IMG/VR virus record: IMGVR_UViG_3300000291_000011
DNA length: 52,840 nucleotides
From: a virus
Strand: one strand, 5' to 3'
This document shows positions 27,297 to 34,945 of the stretch, one piece after another. The notes beneath the pieces are model-generated. The model was not told the origin of the DNA and did not search any database. It worked only from the letters and a program-made list of their open reading frames with translations. A program made the translations under genes and the position numbers. Numbering within the stretch: position 1 is the first letter of the stretch; each line of letters starts with the position of its first letter.

Positions 27297-27310
27297 TTTT
27301 TGTCCTCCTA

Positions 27311-28624
27311 TCATTTAAGCAGATTATCAATTGCTGTTGTCGTCCCCGTCCCGCTGAAATAATGGACGGAAATGCCGCAACCGCGCGCAACGTCGATGAC
27401 GGCGTAAAACTCGGTATGCGACATATACGCCGCCTGAATCCATAATTCCGACGCGCTGCGGATGACGCTTTCCGGGCAGGTCGTGCCGTGCGGATAGGCG
27501 CGGATGGAAGGGAAACGCTCGGTCAGGCGGCGCGCCCATACAGGATGCCCGCCGACGATGACAACACCGTCAGGAATGATTCTGGGGCGTTGCGTGTCGC
27601 CGGGGGCTTCCTGCGTGTCTTCCTGTGCGCTGCGCCAGAGCGCGTCGCGAAGGGCGGTCAGCTCCTGCGCATCCGCTTCATGTGTTTGGAGGGCGGCGAA
27701 TGATTTCTGCGCGTCTTTCTCCTGCTGACGGATGGCAGCTTCCAGCTCGGCAATGCGCTTTTCTGCGGCGGCGGCGCGCTGCTCGGCTTTTTCCTGCGCG
27801 ATTCGCGCTGCTTCCAAGGCGGCAGCGTCGCCGCGAAGGATTTTGTTGATGCAAAATGCCTTGTCCTTTTGGATTGCACGGGCAACCATCAGCGACGCGG
27901 CATTGAGCGCCGTTTTTTCGGGTGTGTCGGAAAGAATGATAGCGGCATCGTCCGCATTGATGCGGATGTCCGCGGTGTAATCCGAGACATCAATGCCAGC
28001 GCCATCGTACATGAGCGCGAACTCGTCAATCGCTTCCACGGCAAAACGGTCGTACAGGTCGCCGAAGCCAGCGACAGGCAGCTTTCCCAAATGTTTTTGC
28101 AGGACTTTTTTATCGTCCGAGGTCGTCTGCTCTTTTCGGATGCTTTTGATGTTAGACTGCAACAAAAGCCAGTCCGAGAGGTCGGCGAAGCTGTCATTGC
28201 TGGCGACTTTTCTTCCGGAAACAAGAATCTGGAAGAATGCAAGCATCGTGCGATAAAGCGCAGTATCGAGATTTTTGTCGAAAATCAGGCAGGAATCAAG
28301 CGAAATTTCCGCGCCCTGCGGGGATGACTTAATGGCATCATGCGTTTTATCGTATGTTTTGCGGTCAACCGCGCGGAGAAGTCCGCGAATGGTGGCTTCT
28401 TCTGCGGCGCGGAGAATGCCCAGCGCGTGAGCGGAAACAATCTGCTGTTCCGCGCGTCCGGCAGTAATTGCGACAGACGACTTGCCAGCGCCGCGCATGG
28501 TGTCCGCATAGTATTTCGCTGGTGACAGCGCATAAAACCGCTCCACCGCGTCGGGGTTGAGGAATGCCATTGCGCGCGCTACGATTGGCGCAAGGTCAAC
28601 GCTGACGCGCCCTGCGTTCTTCAT
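27311..28624 (-). CDS. Large hypothetical protein: unknown N-domain, coiled coil, DUF2325-like C-terminal domain
   Basis: 437 aa; RBS AAAGGAG; coiled coil AAALEAARIAQEKAEQRAAAAEKRIAELEAAIRQQEKD; C-terminal VVIVGGHP..ASELWIQAAYMSHTEFYAVIDVARGCGISVHYFSGTG resembles DUF2325. Confidence 0.7.
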   Translation of the reverse strand: MKNAGRVSVDLAPIVARAMAFLNPDAVERFYALSPAKYYADTMRGAGKSSVAITAGRAEQQIVSAHALGILRAAEEATIRGLLRAVDRKTYDKTHDAIKSSPQGAEISLDSCLIFDKNLDTALYRTMLAFFQILVSGRKVASNDSFADLSDWLLLQSNIKSIRKEQTTSDDKKVLQKHLGKLPVAGFGDLYDRFAVEAIDEFALMYDGAGIDVSDYTADIRINADDAAIILSDTPEKTALNAASLMVARAIQKDKAFCINKILRGDAAALEAARIAQEKAEQRAAAAEKRIAELEAAIRQQEKDAQKSFAALQTHEADAQELTALRDALWRSAQEDTQEAPGDTQRPRIIPDGVVIVGGHPVWARRLTERFPSIRAYPHGTTCPESVIRSASELWIQAAYMSHTEFYAVIDVARGCGISVHYFSGTGTTTAIDNLLK

Positions 28625-28720
28625 TGTGCTGCTCCTTTCATCGCCTAAAATGATTTCGACGCGTTGCGGTTGCTTCCGCGTCCTCCAATCGCGCTTTGCA
28701 GACCATGCGTCGAACTCGTC

Positions 28721-29197
28721 TTAGCGGGCTGTAAGCGTATCGATGATGTCCCTCGCCTCGGTGGCGGTTGAGACGACATAGGCAGCATATAGCCACTTGT
28801 ACGGAAACTTGTCAAGGTTTTGGCGAATAAATTTCTCTATGGTCACACCTGCTTTTTCCGCCGCCGCCGCAATCGCGGCTTGCTTGTCGGGGTCGTCGCG
28901 GGTAGCGATAGCATCCGCGACTGTCTTTTCGTGCGACGCAACAAATTTCGCACGCAGGTCTGTGGCGTACTCGACTTGCTTGTCGCTCACGCCGTGAATT
29001 GTCGGAAGGCTCAATGCCGCCGCCGCTTCGCGCTGCTGCTTGCGCTGCTGCTTGCGGTAGCAGTCGGCGCAAAGAAGGGGATGAGCTTCCGCCCATTCCT
29101 TTTTGCTGTCCGCGTCCCGGCGATTGAAGCCGTCAATGCGGCGTTCAACGGTAGCGCCGCAATCAGGGCATTTGTAGGTGGCAATTGCTTTTGCCAT
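28721..29197 (-). CDS. Zinc-ribbon protein, first gene behind cassette D
   Basis: 158 aa from ATG 29197; YKCPDCG..LLCADCY; then a helical domain (GVSDKQVEYATDLRAKF..). Confidence 0.7.
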   Translation of the reverse strand: MAKAIATYKCPDCGATVERRIDGFNRRDADSKKEWAEAHPLLCADCYRKQQRKQQREAAAALSLPTIHGVSDKQVEYATDLRAKFVASHEKTVADAIATRDDPDKQAAIAAAAEKAGVTIEKFIRQNLDKFPYKWLYAAYVVSTATEARDIIDTLTAR

Positions 29198-29335
29198 GGT
29201 CATTACCTCTTTCCGTCCGGGGCTCTGTTTTGTACCGCCCCTTGACACTATGTATTATAGCACGAGTTGTGCAACTTGTCAACACTTTTTCAAGATTTTT
29301 CGCAAGTTTTTTTGCAACTTTCTCGCGTTTTGTTT
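29198..29335 (-). promoter_or_regulatory. Promoter/operator/leader cassette copy D
   Basis: Minus strand: TTGACA (29282-29277), 17-nt spacer with ACAAGTT-GCAC-AACTCGT, TATAAT (29259-29254), hairpin 29247-29214, RBS GAAAGAGG; AAGTTGCA boxes at 29277-29270 and 29320-29312. Confidence 0.75.
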
Positions 29336-29388
29336 GCACTCCACAACCGCCCGAATCGCCTATACTATTATTAGTAGGAGGTGGTGCG

Positions 29389-29766
29389 GTGTATATCCAC
29401 TACAACCCTAATCCGCGCGGCTTGCGTGTCGGGGATTGCGCTGTCCGTGCAGCATCAAAAGCGGCAGGGGAGACGTGGGGCAGTACCTATGCGGCACTCT
29501 GTGCGCTGGGCTATGACTGCGGAGATATGCCTAACGCAAATCACGTCTGGGGACGATACTTGCATGAGCGCGGATTCTCGCGCCACGCCCTGCCGGATAC
29601 TTGTCCAATCTGCTACACCGTCGCGGACTTCTGCCGTGAGCATCCGCGCGGGGTGTACGTCCTCGGAATCGGCGACCACGTTGTGTGTGCCGTAGACGGC
29701 GACTGGTACGACGCATGGGATAGCGGCGCGGAAATACCTGCATACTATTGGGAGAGGGAGGGTTGA
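29389..29766 (+). CDS. Conserved hypothetical protein with a Cys/His/Asp pattern suggestive of a papain-like fold
   Basis: GTG 29389 eight nt after AGGAGG; YIHYNPNPRGLRVGDCAVRA .. GDHVVCAV .. DAWDSG. Confidence 0.55.
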   Translation: MYIHYNPNPRGLRVGDCAVRAASKAAGETWGSTYAALCALGYDCGDMPNANHVWGRYLHERGFSRHALPDTCPICYTVADFCREHPRGVYVLGIGDHVVCAVDGDWYDAWDSGAEIPAYYWEREG

Positions 29767-29769
29767 TGT

Positions 29770-30210
29770 ATGGCGTATGGTTATCCACAATATTATCCAC
29801 AGATTCCGTATTATAACGCGCAGCAGACGGCAATGCCCGACCAACTTGCGCAGCTTCGAGCGGCACAGCAGCCGATGATGCAGCAGCCATCGCAGCCGTC
29901 GAGCAACGGACTGATTTGGGTGCAGGGTGAAGCCGGAGCGAAGAGCTACCTTGTCGCCAATGGTTCGAGCGTGCTGCTGATGGACAGCGAGAAACAGACG
30001 TTTTACATCAAGTCGGCGGACGCGGCAGGAATGCCGTCCATGCGCACATTTGACTACACGGAGCGCAACGCATCCGTAAAGCCATCCAGCAGCGCGCAGG
30101 ATGCTCCGGAGTATGTAACGCGGGAAGAACTCAACACGCTGACGAAACGCCTTGAAGCGCTGGAAGGACGCAAGAAGAAGGGGGTAACGCAGGATGAACC
30201 CACTATTTAA
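29770..30210 (+). CDS. Hypothetical protein with Y/P/Q-rich N-terminus
   Basis: 146 aa; MAYGYPQYYPQIPYYNAQQ..; then LIWVQGEAGAKSYLVANGSSVLLMD. Confidence 0.65.
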   Translation: MAYGYPQYYPQIPYYNAQQTAMPDQLAQLRAAQQPMMQQPSQPSSNGLIWVQGEAGAKSYLVANGSSVLLMDSEKQTFYIKSADAAGMPSMRTFDYTERNASVKPSSSAQDAPEYVTREELNTLTKRLEALEGRKKKGVTQDEPTI

Positions 30211-30412
30211 TGCACTTGGTGACGGGCAGATGCCCGGAGCGCTGGGAAATTTCCAGCAGATGATGCAGCAGTTTCAGCAGTTCCGAGCGACGTTTCAAGG
30301 CGACCCGGAACAAGAGGTTCGCAAGCTGATTGCATCCGGCAAAATCTCGCAAAACCAGCTTAACCAGCTTCAACAGGCGGCGCAAATGTTTCAAGCGTTC
30401 CTTGGTTCTTAA
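30194..30412 (+). CDS. Q-rich small hypothetical protein
   Basis: 72 aa; FQQMMQQFQQFRATFQGDPEQ..NQLNQLQQAAQMFQ. Confidence 0.55.
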   Translation: MNPLFNALGDGQMPGALGNFQQMMQQFQQFRATFQGDPEQEVRKLIASGKISQNQLNQLQQAAQMFQAFLGS

Positions 30413-30476
30413 CTTTGGCTATATTTGTTGCGCAACAATTTAGCATATACTTCAAAAATCCGAAAGGAGAAAAAAC

Positions 30477-31229
30477 ATGAGTATGACTTCGGAACTCTCC
30501 GCGTCTGACGTGGCTCTGCTTTCCGGCAGAAACAACAACCAGAACGGCGACGGCATGTTCGGCGGAAACGGTGCGTGGTGGATTATTATCCTCTTCCTCT
30601 TCGTCTTCTGTGGGTGGGGCAATAATAGCTGGGGTGGCTTTGGCAATCGCAACGGCGGACAGGGTTCTATCATGGACGGTTACGTCCTCACCTCCGACTT
30701 CGCCAATATCGAGCGAAAAATTGACAACGTGAACAGCGGCTTGTGTGATGGATTCTACGCACAGGCGCAGCTCACCAATGGCGTACAGATGCAGATGGCA
30801 AACGGCTTTGCGCAGGCGGAACTCTCCCGCGCCAATCAGCAAACCGCGCTCATGCAGCAGCTTAACGCGATGCAGGCACAGGCGGCGGATTGCTGCTGCA
30901 AGACGCAGACGGCAATCCAGGGCGTAAACTACAACCTTGCCACTCAGGCTTGCGACACTCGCAACACCATTCAGAGCGGCGTTCGCGACATTTTGGACAA
31001 CGCCAACGCTAACGCCCGAGCGGTGATTGACGCACTGACGGCACAGCGCATCGAGGCGAAGGACGAGAAGATTGCAGCGCAGAATCAGCAGATTTTCGGC
31101 TTGCAGCTCGCCGCTTCTCAGGCAGCACAGAACCAGTACCTCGTGAATACGATTCGTCCTTGCCCTGTTCCGGCGTACACGGTAGCCAACCCGTTCTGCT
31201 GCAATCAGACGCAGTATTGCGCTGGTTAA
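30477..31229 (+). CDS. Membrane protein with G/N/W-rich N-terminus, Q/N/A-rich coiled coil and Cys clusters
   Basis: 250 aa; TM AWWIIILFLFVFCGWG; CCCK and C-terminal PFCCNQTQYC. Confidence 0.65.
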   Translation: MSMTSELSASDVALLSGRNNNQNGDGMFGGNGAWWIIILFLFVFCGWGNNSWGGFGNRNGGQGSIMDGYVLTSDFANIERKIDNVNSGLCDGFYAQAQLTNGVQMQMANGFAQAELSRANQQTALMQQLNAMQAQAADCCCKTQTAIQGVNYNLATQACDTRNTIQSGVRDILDNANANARAVIDALTAQRIEAKDEKIAAQNQQIFGLQLAASQAAQNQYLVNTIRPCPVPAYTVANPFCCNQTQYCAG

Positions 31230-31333
31230 GCTCCAGACAGCTTCCTGCCTGTGCAGGATGAGCCGATAACGGCAACTGAAAAAGCGGCGGGGCGTTGATT
31301 GATTCGCGCCCTGCCGCTGAAAGGAGAAAAATC

Positions 31334-31759
31334 ATGGCTGAATATACTGCGGCGGCGGCTCAAACCGTCGCCAATGGAAACAATGTCCTTTTTACAGACA
31401 CGCCCGTTTGCGCCACGCGGTGCATCGTCCATCGTGAAGGCTCTGGCATCGTAACGCTGCGAGGCATCACAAACGGACAGTGCCGCGCGCGTTTCCGCGT
31501 CAACTTTGGTGGCAATATCGCCATTCCGACGGGCGGCACTGCCGGAGCTATCTCTGTTGCGCTTGCAATCGCAGGGGAGGCGCTTCCGGCTTCTACCGCC
31601 ATCGTCACCCCTGCTGCGGCGGCGCAGTACCAGAACGTCAGCATTGATACCTTTGTGGACGTTCCGGCGGGGTGCTGCACAACCATCAGCGTCAAAAATA
31701 CCGCTGGCGTGGATATTGACGTGCAGAACGCCAACCTGATTGTCACGCGGGTTGCGTGA
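31334..31759 (+). CDS. BclA-C-terminal/C1q-TNF-like beta-sandwich protein (tentative)
   Basis: 141 aa from ATG 31334 (RBS AAAGGAG); NVLFTDTP..IVHREGSGIVTLRG..FRVNFGGNIAIP..ISVALAIAGEALP pattern. Confidence 0.45.
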   Translation: MAEYTAAAAQTVANGNNVLFTDTPVCATRCIVHREGSGIVTLRGITNGQCRARFRVNFGGNIAIPTGGTAGAISVALAIAGEALPASTAIVTPAAAAQYQNVSIDTFVDVPAGCCTTISVKNTAGVDIDVQNANLIVTRVA

Positions 31760-31775
31760 GGAAAGGAGAAACGCA

Positions 31776-32153
31776 ATGAAATATCTTCACGAACTTAAAG
31801 AAAAACTCTGCGAAGAGCTGCAAGAGATTGCGGAGAAGCAGGACATGTCTGCTGGCGACCTCGAAGCCGTTCACAAGCTGACAGACACCATCAAAAATAT
31901 CGACAAGATTGAGATGCTGGAAGCGGACGGGTACAGCAATAACGGCGGCGACTGGGAAGCGCGCGGAAGCTATGACGGTATTTATCGCGATGACCGATAC
32001 AGCCGCCGTGGACGCGATATGCGCGGGCGGTACAGCCGCCACGACGGCACGGACAAGCGCCTGATGGACGAGCTGGAAGAGCTGATGCGTACCATCGAGC
32101 CGGGGAAGCGTGACGTGATTCGGCGAGCGCTTGAAGAACTGAAAGAAGCATAA
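31776..32153 (+). CDS. Hypothetical protein with R/D/S/G/Y-rich low-complexity centre
   Basis: 125 aa from ATG 31776 (RBS AAAGGAG); GSYDGIYRDDRYSRRGRDMRGRYSRHDG. Confidence 0.6.
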   Translation: MKYLHELKEKLCEELQEIAEKQDMSAGDLEAVHKLTDTIKNIDKIEMLEADGYSNNGGDWEARGSYDGIYRDDRYSRRGRDMRGRYSRHDGTDKRLMDELEELMRTIEPGKRDVIRRALEELKEA

Positions 32154-32171
32154 CGGAAAGGGGCTGGCTGC

Positions 32172-32516
32172 GTGGTTACGCTGACGTGGATTGATGGGCA
32201 GATTGAGAAGGCAATCGAAGAGGGCAACAATCCGCAGAACATCCGCGATTTGGCGGCGCTGATTACAGTGCGTGAGTACCTCTCCACGCGGTCAGCCCCG
32301 AAAGTAGATGCACAGAGTGTGCAGGAATCCGCCGATGATAAGAAGCGCCGGGACGCGGTTGTCCTCATGACGCATAGCGCGGACTTGGACACCGTGCCGA
32401 CAATCCAGCAAGTGGAGACAGCGCTGCAATCCATCAGCGTCAACACGCCGGAGGAACGAAAGCGTGTACAGGATGCGAAGAAGTGGGCGCAGATTATCTC
32501 GCAGAAAAACGCTTGA
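32172..32516 (+). CDS. Hypothetical protein
   Basis: 114-aa ORF (GTG start); followed by a terminator. Confidence 0.5.
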   Translation: MVTLTWIDGQIEKAIEEGNNPQNIRDLAALITVREYLSTRSAPKVDAQSVQESADDKKRRDAVVLMTHSADLDTVPTIQQVETALQSISVNTPEERKRVQDAKKWAQIISQKNA

Positions 32517-32521
32517 CAAAA

Positions 32522-32558
32522 AATCCCCTCCATGAATGCAACACGGAGGGGATTTTTG
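32522..32558 (+). terminator. Rho-independent terminator
   Basis: AATCCCCTCC..GGAGGGGATT followed by TTTG. Confidence 0.7.
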
Positions 32559-32798
32559 ACCCCCGTTTTGACTACTTTGCACGACGGAAAGAGGGTCAAA
32601 ATTGCGAATCTGGGGATTGCAAAAACCATGTGCGATAACAGCAGATTGAGCAATTACAAGGCATACGCAAGCGCAGAGTAGCGAAGAGAAAACCGCTTTC
32701 GCTTTCTTCCATGGAAAGCAAACAAAATCCGTAAAACTGTTGGATTCTCTATGGTTCTCAGACCATTGCAACGCTGCTGACTACCATTTTGACTACTT
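32559..32798. other. Candidate attP region
   Basis: Non-coding stretch immediately downstream of int; exact 12-bp direct repeat TTTTGACTACTT at 32566-32577 and 32787-32798, extra TGACTAC at 32778; palindrome TTCCATGGAA at 32707-32716. Confidence 0.35.
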
Positions 32799-33842
32799 GG
32801 ACGTAGAAGTCAACATACTTTCGACCCTTCGGATGGCGTTTTCTTCCTTTTTTTTCGTGAGATGTGCATATATCCGCATTATCATCGTCTCATCCTCATG
32901 CCCCATCCAGCGCGCGGCAGTTTTAATGTCAACATCCGCATCATAGAGCATCGTCGCAAAAGTATGTCTGCAATCGTGCTGCCTGATTGCCACAGTTCTC
33001 CCCGCAATTTTTGTTAGATGATTTTGGTAACGCTTCCACGCATCGGTCACAGCGCTGAAAGAAATAATTTTGTTATCTTTCGATATTATCACGCTTCCGT
33101 GTCGCCCTCGCAAGACACCCCGTAACGGCGGAAACAGCGGCACGTCACGAATACCAGCTTTGGTCTTTGGTGCAGTGACAATATAGTCGGAACGTTCGCG
33201 TCGAATCGCCTTTCGGACGTGAATCACACCTTTTTCAAAATCAACGTCATCATCAATATCGAGCGCAAGCGCTTCTCCACGCCTAAGCCCTGCATACACC
33301 ATCACCATCGCGTAAATTCCCATCCTTTCGCTGTCACAAGTATCTCTGATTAGTTTTATTTCCCAATCATCAAGATTACGGTGCGTCCCTACTGCCCCTT
33401 TCTTCCGCCTAACGTTCTCGCAGGGAGAAATTGCAACTATTCCATCATTTTTTGCAGCGCGAAAAACCGCTCTTGTTGATTCGGCTATCTTCCTTAGCGT
33501 CCCTTCTCCGCGGTCGGAAAAAGCGTTATAAAGTCGCTGTATATCCGACGGCGTAATTAGCCTCATCTCCGTCTTTGGCAGGATTGAGGCTATCTGGTTA
33601 AGGCGTGAGACATATGCATCATATACATTTATGGTCACCTCGCTCTTGTACGTCGGCAGCCACTCCGCCGCGTACTCCGCGAACGTATACTTTTCCCGTG
33701 GTTTCCTGCCGTATTTTTCCTGCTTTTTGTACTCTTCACGGGCTGCAAGGGCTTCTGACTGCGTTCGCCCGTAGAACGAGAATCCCTTATATTTACAAAC
33801 ATAACGCCCGTCGGGGCGCTTTTTTAGTGTCTGGCGTGGCAA
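32793..33842 (-). CDS. int: Tyrosine recombinase / phage integrase
   Basis: TTG 33842 eight nt after AAGGAG; ..GLRRGEALAL.. (Arg), HDCRHTFAT (HxxR), RIYAHL (Tyr). Confidence 0.9.
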   Translation of the reverse strand: MPRQTLKKRPDGRYVCKYKGFSFYGRTQSEALAAREEYKKQEKYGRKPREKYTFAEYAAEWLPTYKSEVTINVYDAYVSRLNQIASILPKTEMRLITPSDIQRLYNAFSDRGEGTLRKIAESTRAVFRAAKNDGIVAISPCENVRRKKGAVGTHRNLDDWEIKLIRDTCDSERMGIYAMVMVYAGLRRGEALALDIDDDVDFEKGVIHVRKAIRRERSDYIVTAPKTKAGIRDVPLFPPLRGVLRGRHGSVIISKDNKIISFSAVTDAWKRYQNHLTKIAGRTVAIRQHDCRHTFATMLYDADVDIKTAARWMGHEDETMIMRIYAHLTKKKEENAIRRVESMLTSTSK

Positions 33843-34017
33843 GTGTATCACTCCTTTTCTCTTATTGTGCCGCAAAACGCAGCAAAGTGCCATCGTAAAA
33901 TGTGAACAAATTGAAAACATTTTGCAAATGCACGGAAAATTTTTTATCATATTTCGCTGTGCGTCAGCATATGGTATTGCGGTGGACGGTAAAAAATACG
34001 CGACTGGAGAGGAAAAT

Positions 34018-34146
34018 ATGCCTGTTTTTGATAAAAAGTTTGTTGTTAAAATGCTCGTCGAGAAGGTGAAGGAACTGCCGGATGACCTGCAAGCGGAATT
34101 TTTTTCGTGGCTGGAAAAGAAAATTTCTGCAAAGAAAACGTTATGA
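34018..34146 (+). CDS. Possible 42-aa protein
   Basis: ATG 34018 after GGAGAGG; MPVFDKKFVVKMLVEKVKELPDDLQAEFFSWLEKKISAKKTL. Confidence 0.3.
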   Translation: MPVFDKKFVVKMLVEKVKELPDDLQAEFFSWLEKKISAKKTL

Positions 34147-34185
34147 ATACATAAACAATATGAACTGCGGAGAGCATCGAATCCG

Positions 34186-34258
34186 AAAGCAAACGGAAGC
34201 AAAGCAAAAGCAAAAGAGAGCAAACAAAAGCAAAAGAAAGCAAAGCTAAGCAAAGAAA
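34186..34258. repeat. Purine-strand microsatellite (GCAAA/GCAAAA/GCAAAG)n
   Basis: About 13 consecutive GCAAA-type units. Confidence 0.85.
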
Positions 34259-34435
34259 AGCTATGCTATCATTTGCTATTCTATTTTTCCGGATGCGAAA
34301 GTCAGGAAAGGTAAAACCACGCCCATGAAGGTCAGGGAAAGTCAGAAAATGATGCACTTCATAATTTGCAAAAGCGCCTGAAATACAGTGATTGCAAGGC
34401 TTTGCGCCACGCTGACGCAAAAATCCGCAAAATGC

Positions 34436-34570
34436 GATAGCTATGCTAAAAATAAAATAGCTTAGCTATTAAAAAAATAGCTGAATTATTTTTGCTATTA
34501 AAAAAAATAGCACAGCTAAAAAATAAATAGCAGAATTATTTTTGCTATGCACATTTTTTGTGCTATTTGG
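34436..34570. repeat. A-tract plus ATAGC/GCTAT iteron-like repeat zone
   Basis: A6-8 tracts each followed by TAGC; repeated units such as AAAAAAATAGCTGAATTATTTTTGCTATT and AAAAAATAAATAGCAGAATTATTTTTGCTATG. Confidence 0.8.
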
Positions 34571-34610
34571 CGCTAATAATCTCCGCGTTTTACAAGTGGC
34601 GTTTGTTGTC

Positions 34611-34654
34611 TCGCGCGCGCGACATAGTTATATTATAATACACACTTGTGTGTA
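34611..34654. repeat. Two perfect palindromes: TCGCGCGCGCGA and TACACAC-TT-GTGTGTA
   Basis: 12-bp alternating CG palindrome at 34611-34622; 16-bp inverted repeat at 34639-34654, at the boundary of the AT-rich block. Confidence 0.85.
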
Positions 34655-34770
34655 ATAATAATATATATATCATACAGTATAATATAAGTTGCTATATAGT
34701 ACAAGTATGGATATATAATAATATAAGCAGCTATATAACACAAGTATGTATATATAAATAATATATAATA
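34651..34770. repeat. 39-bp AT-rich tandem repeat, about 2.5-3 copies
   Basis: GCTATATAGTACAAGTATGGATATATAATAATATAAGCA (34691-34729) versus GCTATATAACACAAGTATGTATATATAAATAATATATAA (34730-34768), plus a degenerate copy upstream. Confidence 0.75.
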
Positions 34771-34945
34771 AAAGACCACTACTACCACCACAAGAACACA
34801 TACTCGACAGAGTGGGGTAGGGGGATAATAGGGGGTATAGAGTAATAGGGGGTATGGGGGGAAGAGAGAAAAGGGGGGAAGAAGCGGGAGGGGAGAGGGA
34901 CGGGCGGTGGTTTTGTGGTGGTGGCAGCGGCGGTGGTCTTTTTTT
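34770..34945 (+). other. G-tract block enclosed by a long-range interrupted stem and followed by T7 (candidate structured RNA or terminator-like element)
   Basis: 34774-34793 (GACCACTACTACCACCACAA) pairs with 34913-34938 (TTGTGGTGG..GGTGGTC). The enclosed about 119 nt carry ten or more G3-6 runs and no C from 34811 to 34884. A4 precedes and T7 follows. Confidence 0.4.

Noticed and set aside
27311-28624. TubZ/tubulin-like or ParM-like segregation protein (which would imply a phage-plasmid)
   Set aside because: The C-terminal SGTGTT only superficially resembles the tubulin GGGTGxG signature. No actin-fold phosphate motifs were seen, and the genome carries an integrase, so there is no support for a partition system.
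33843-34253. N-terminal 136-aa extension of the integrase ORF (the ORF track gives 486 aa)
   Set aside because: The extension (MLSFAFFCFCLLSFAFALLPFAF..) is the antisense reading of the GCAAA microsatellite and AT-rich DNA. A TTG start at 33842 with AAGGAG 8 nt upstream gives a normal 350-aa integrase.
34436-34770. Possible CRISPR array in the repeat-rich int-cI gap
   Set aside because: The repeats are short, A/T-rich and degenerate, with no unique spacers of regular length. No cas genes are present anywhere in the window.
34651-34945. Type III toxin-antitoxin (ToxI-like tandem RNA repeats plus terminator)
   Set aside because: The tandem 39-bp repeats followed by a hairpin and T-run resemble ToxI architecture. 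However, there is no ToxN/AbiQ-like ORF, or any credible ORF, downstream on either strand.
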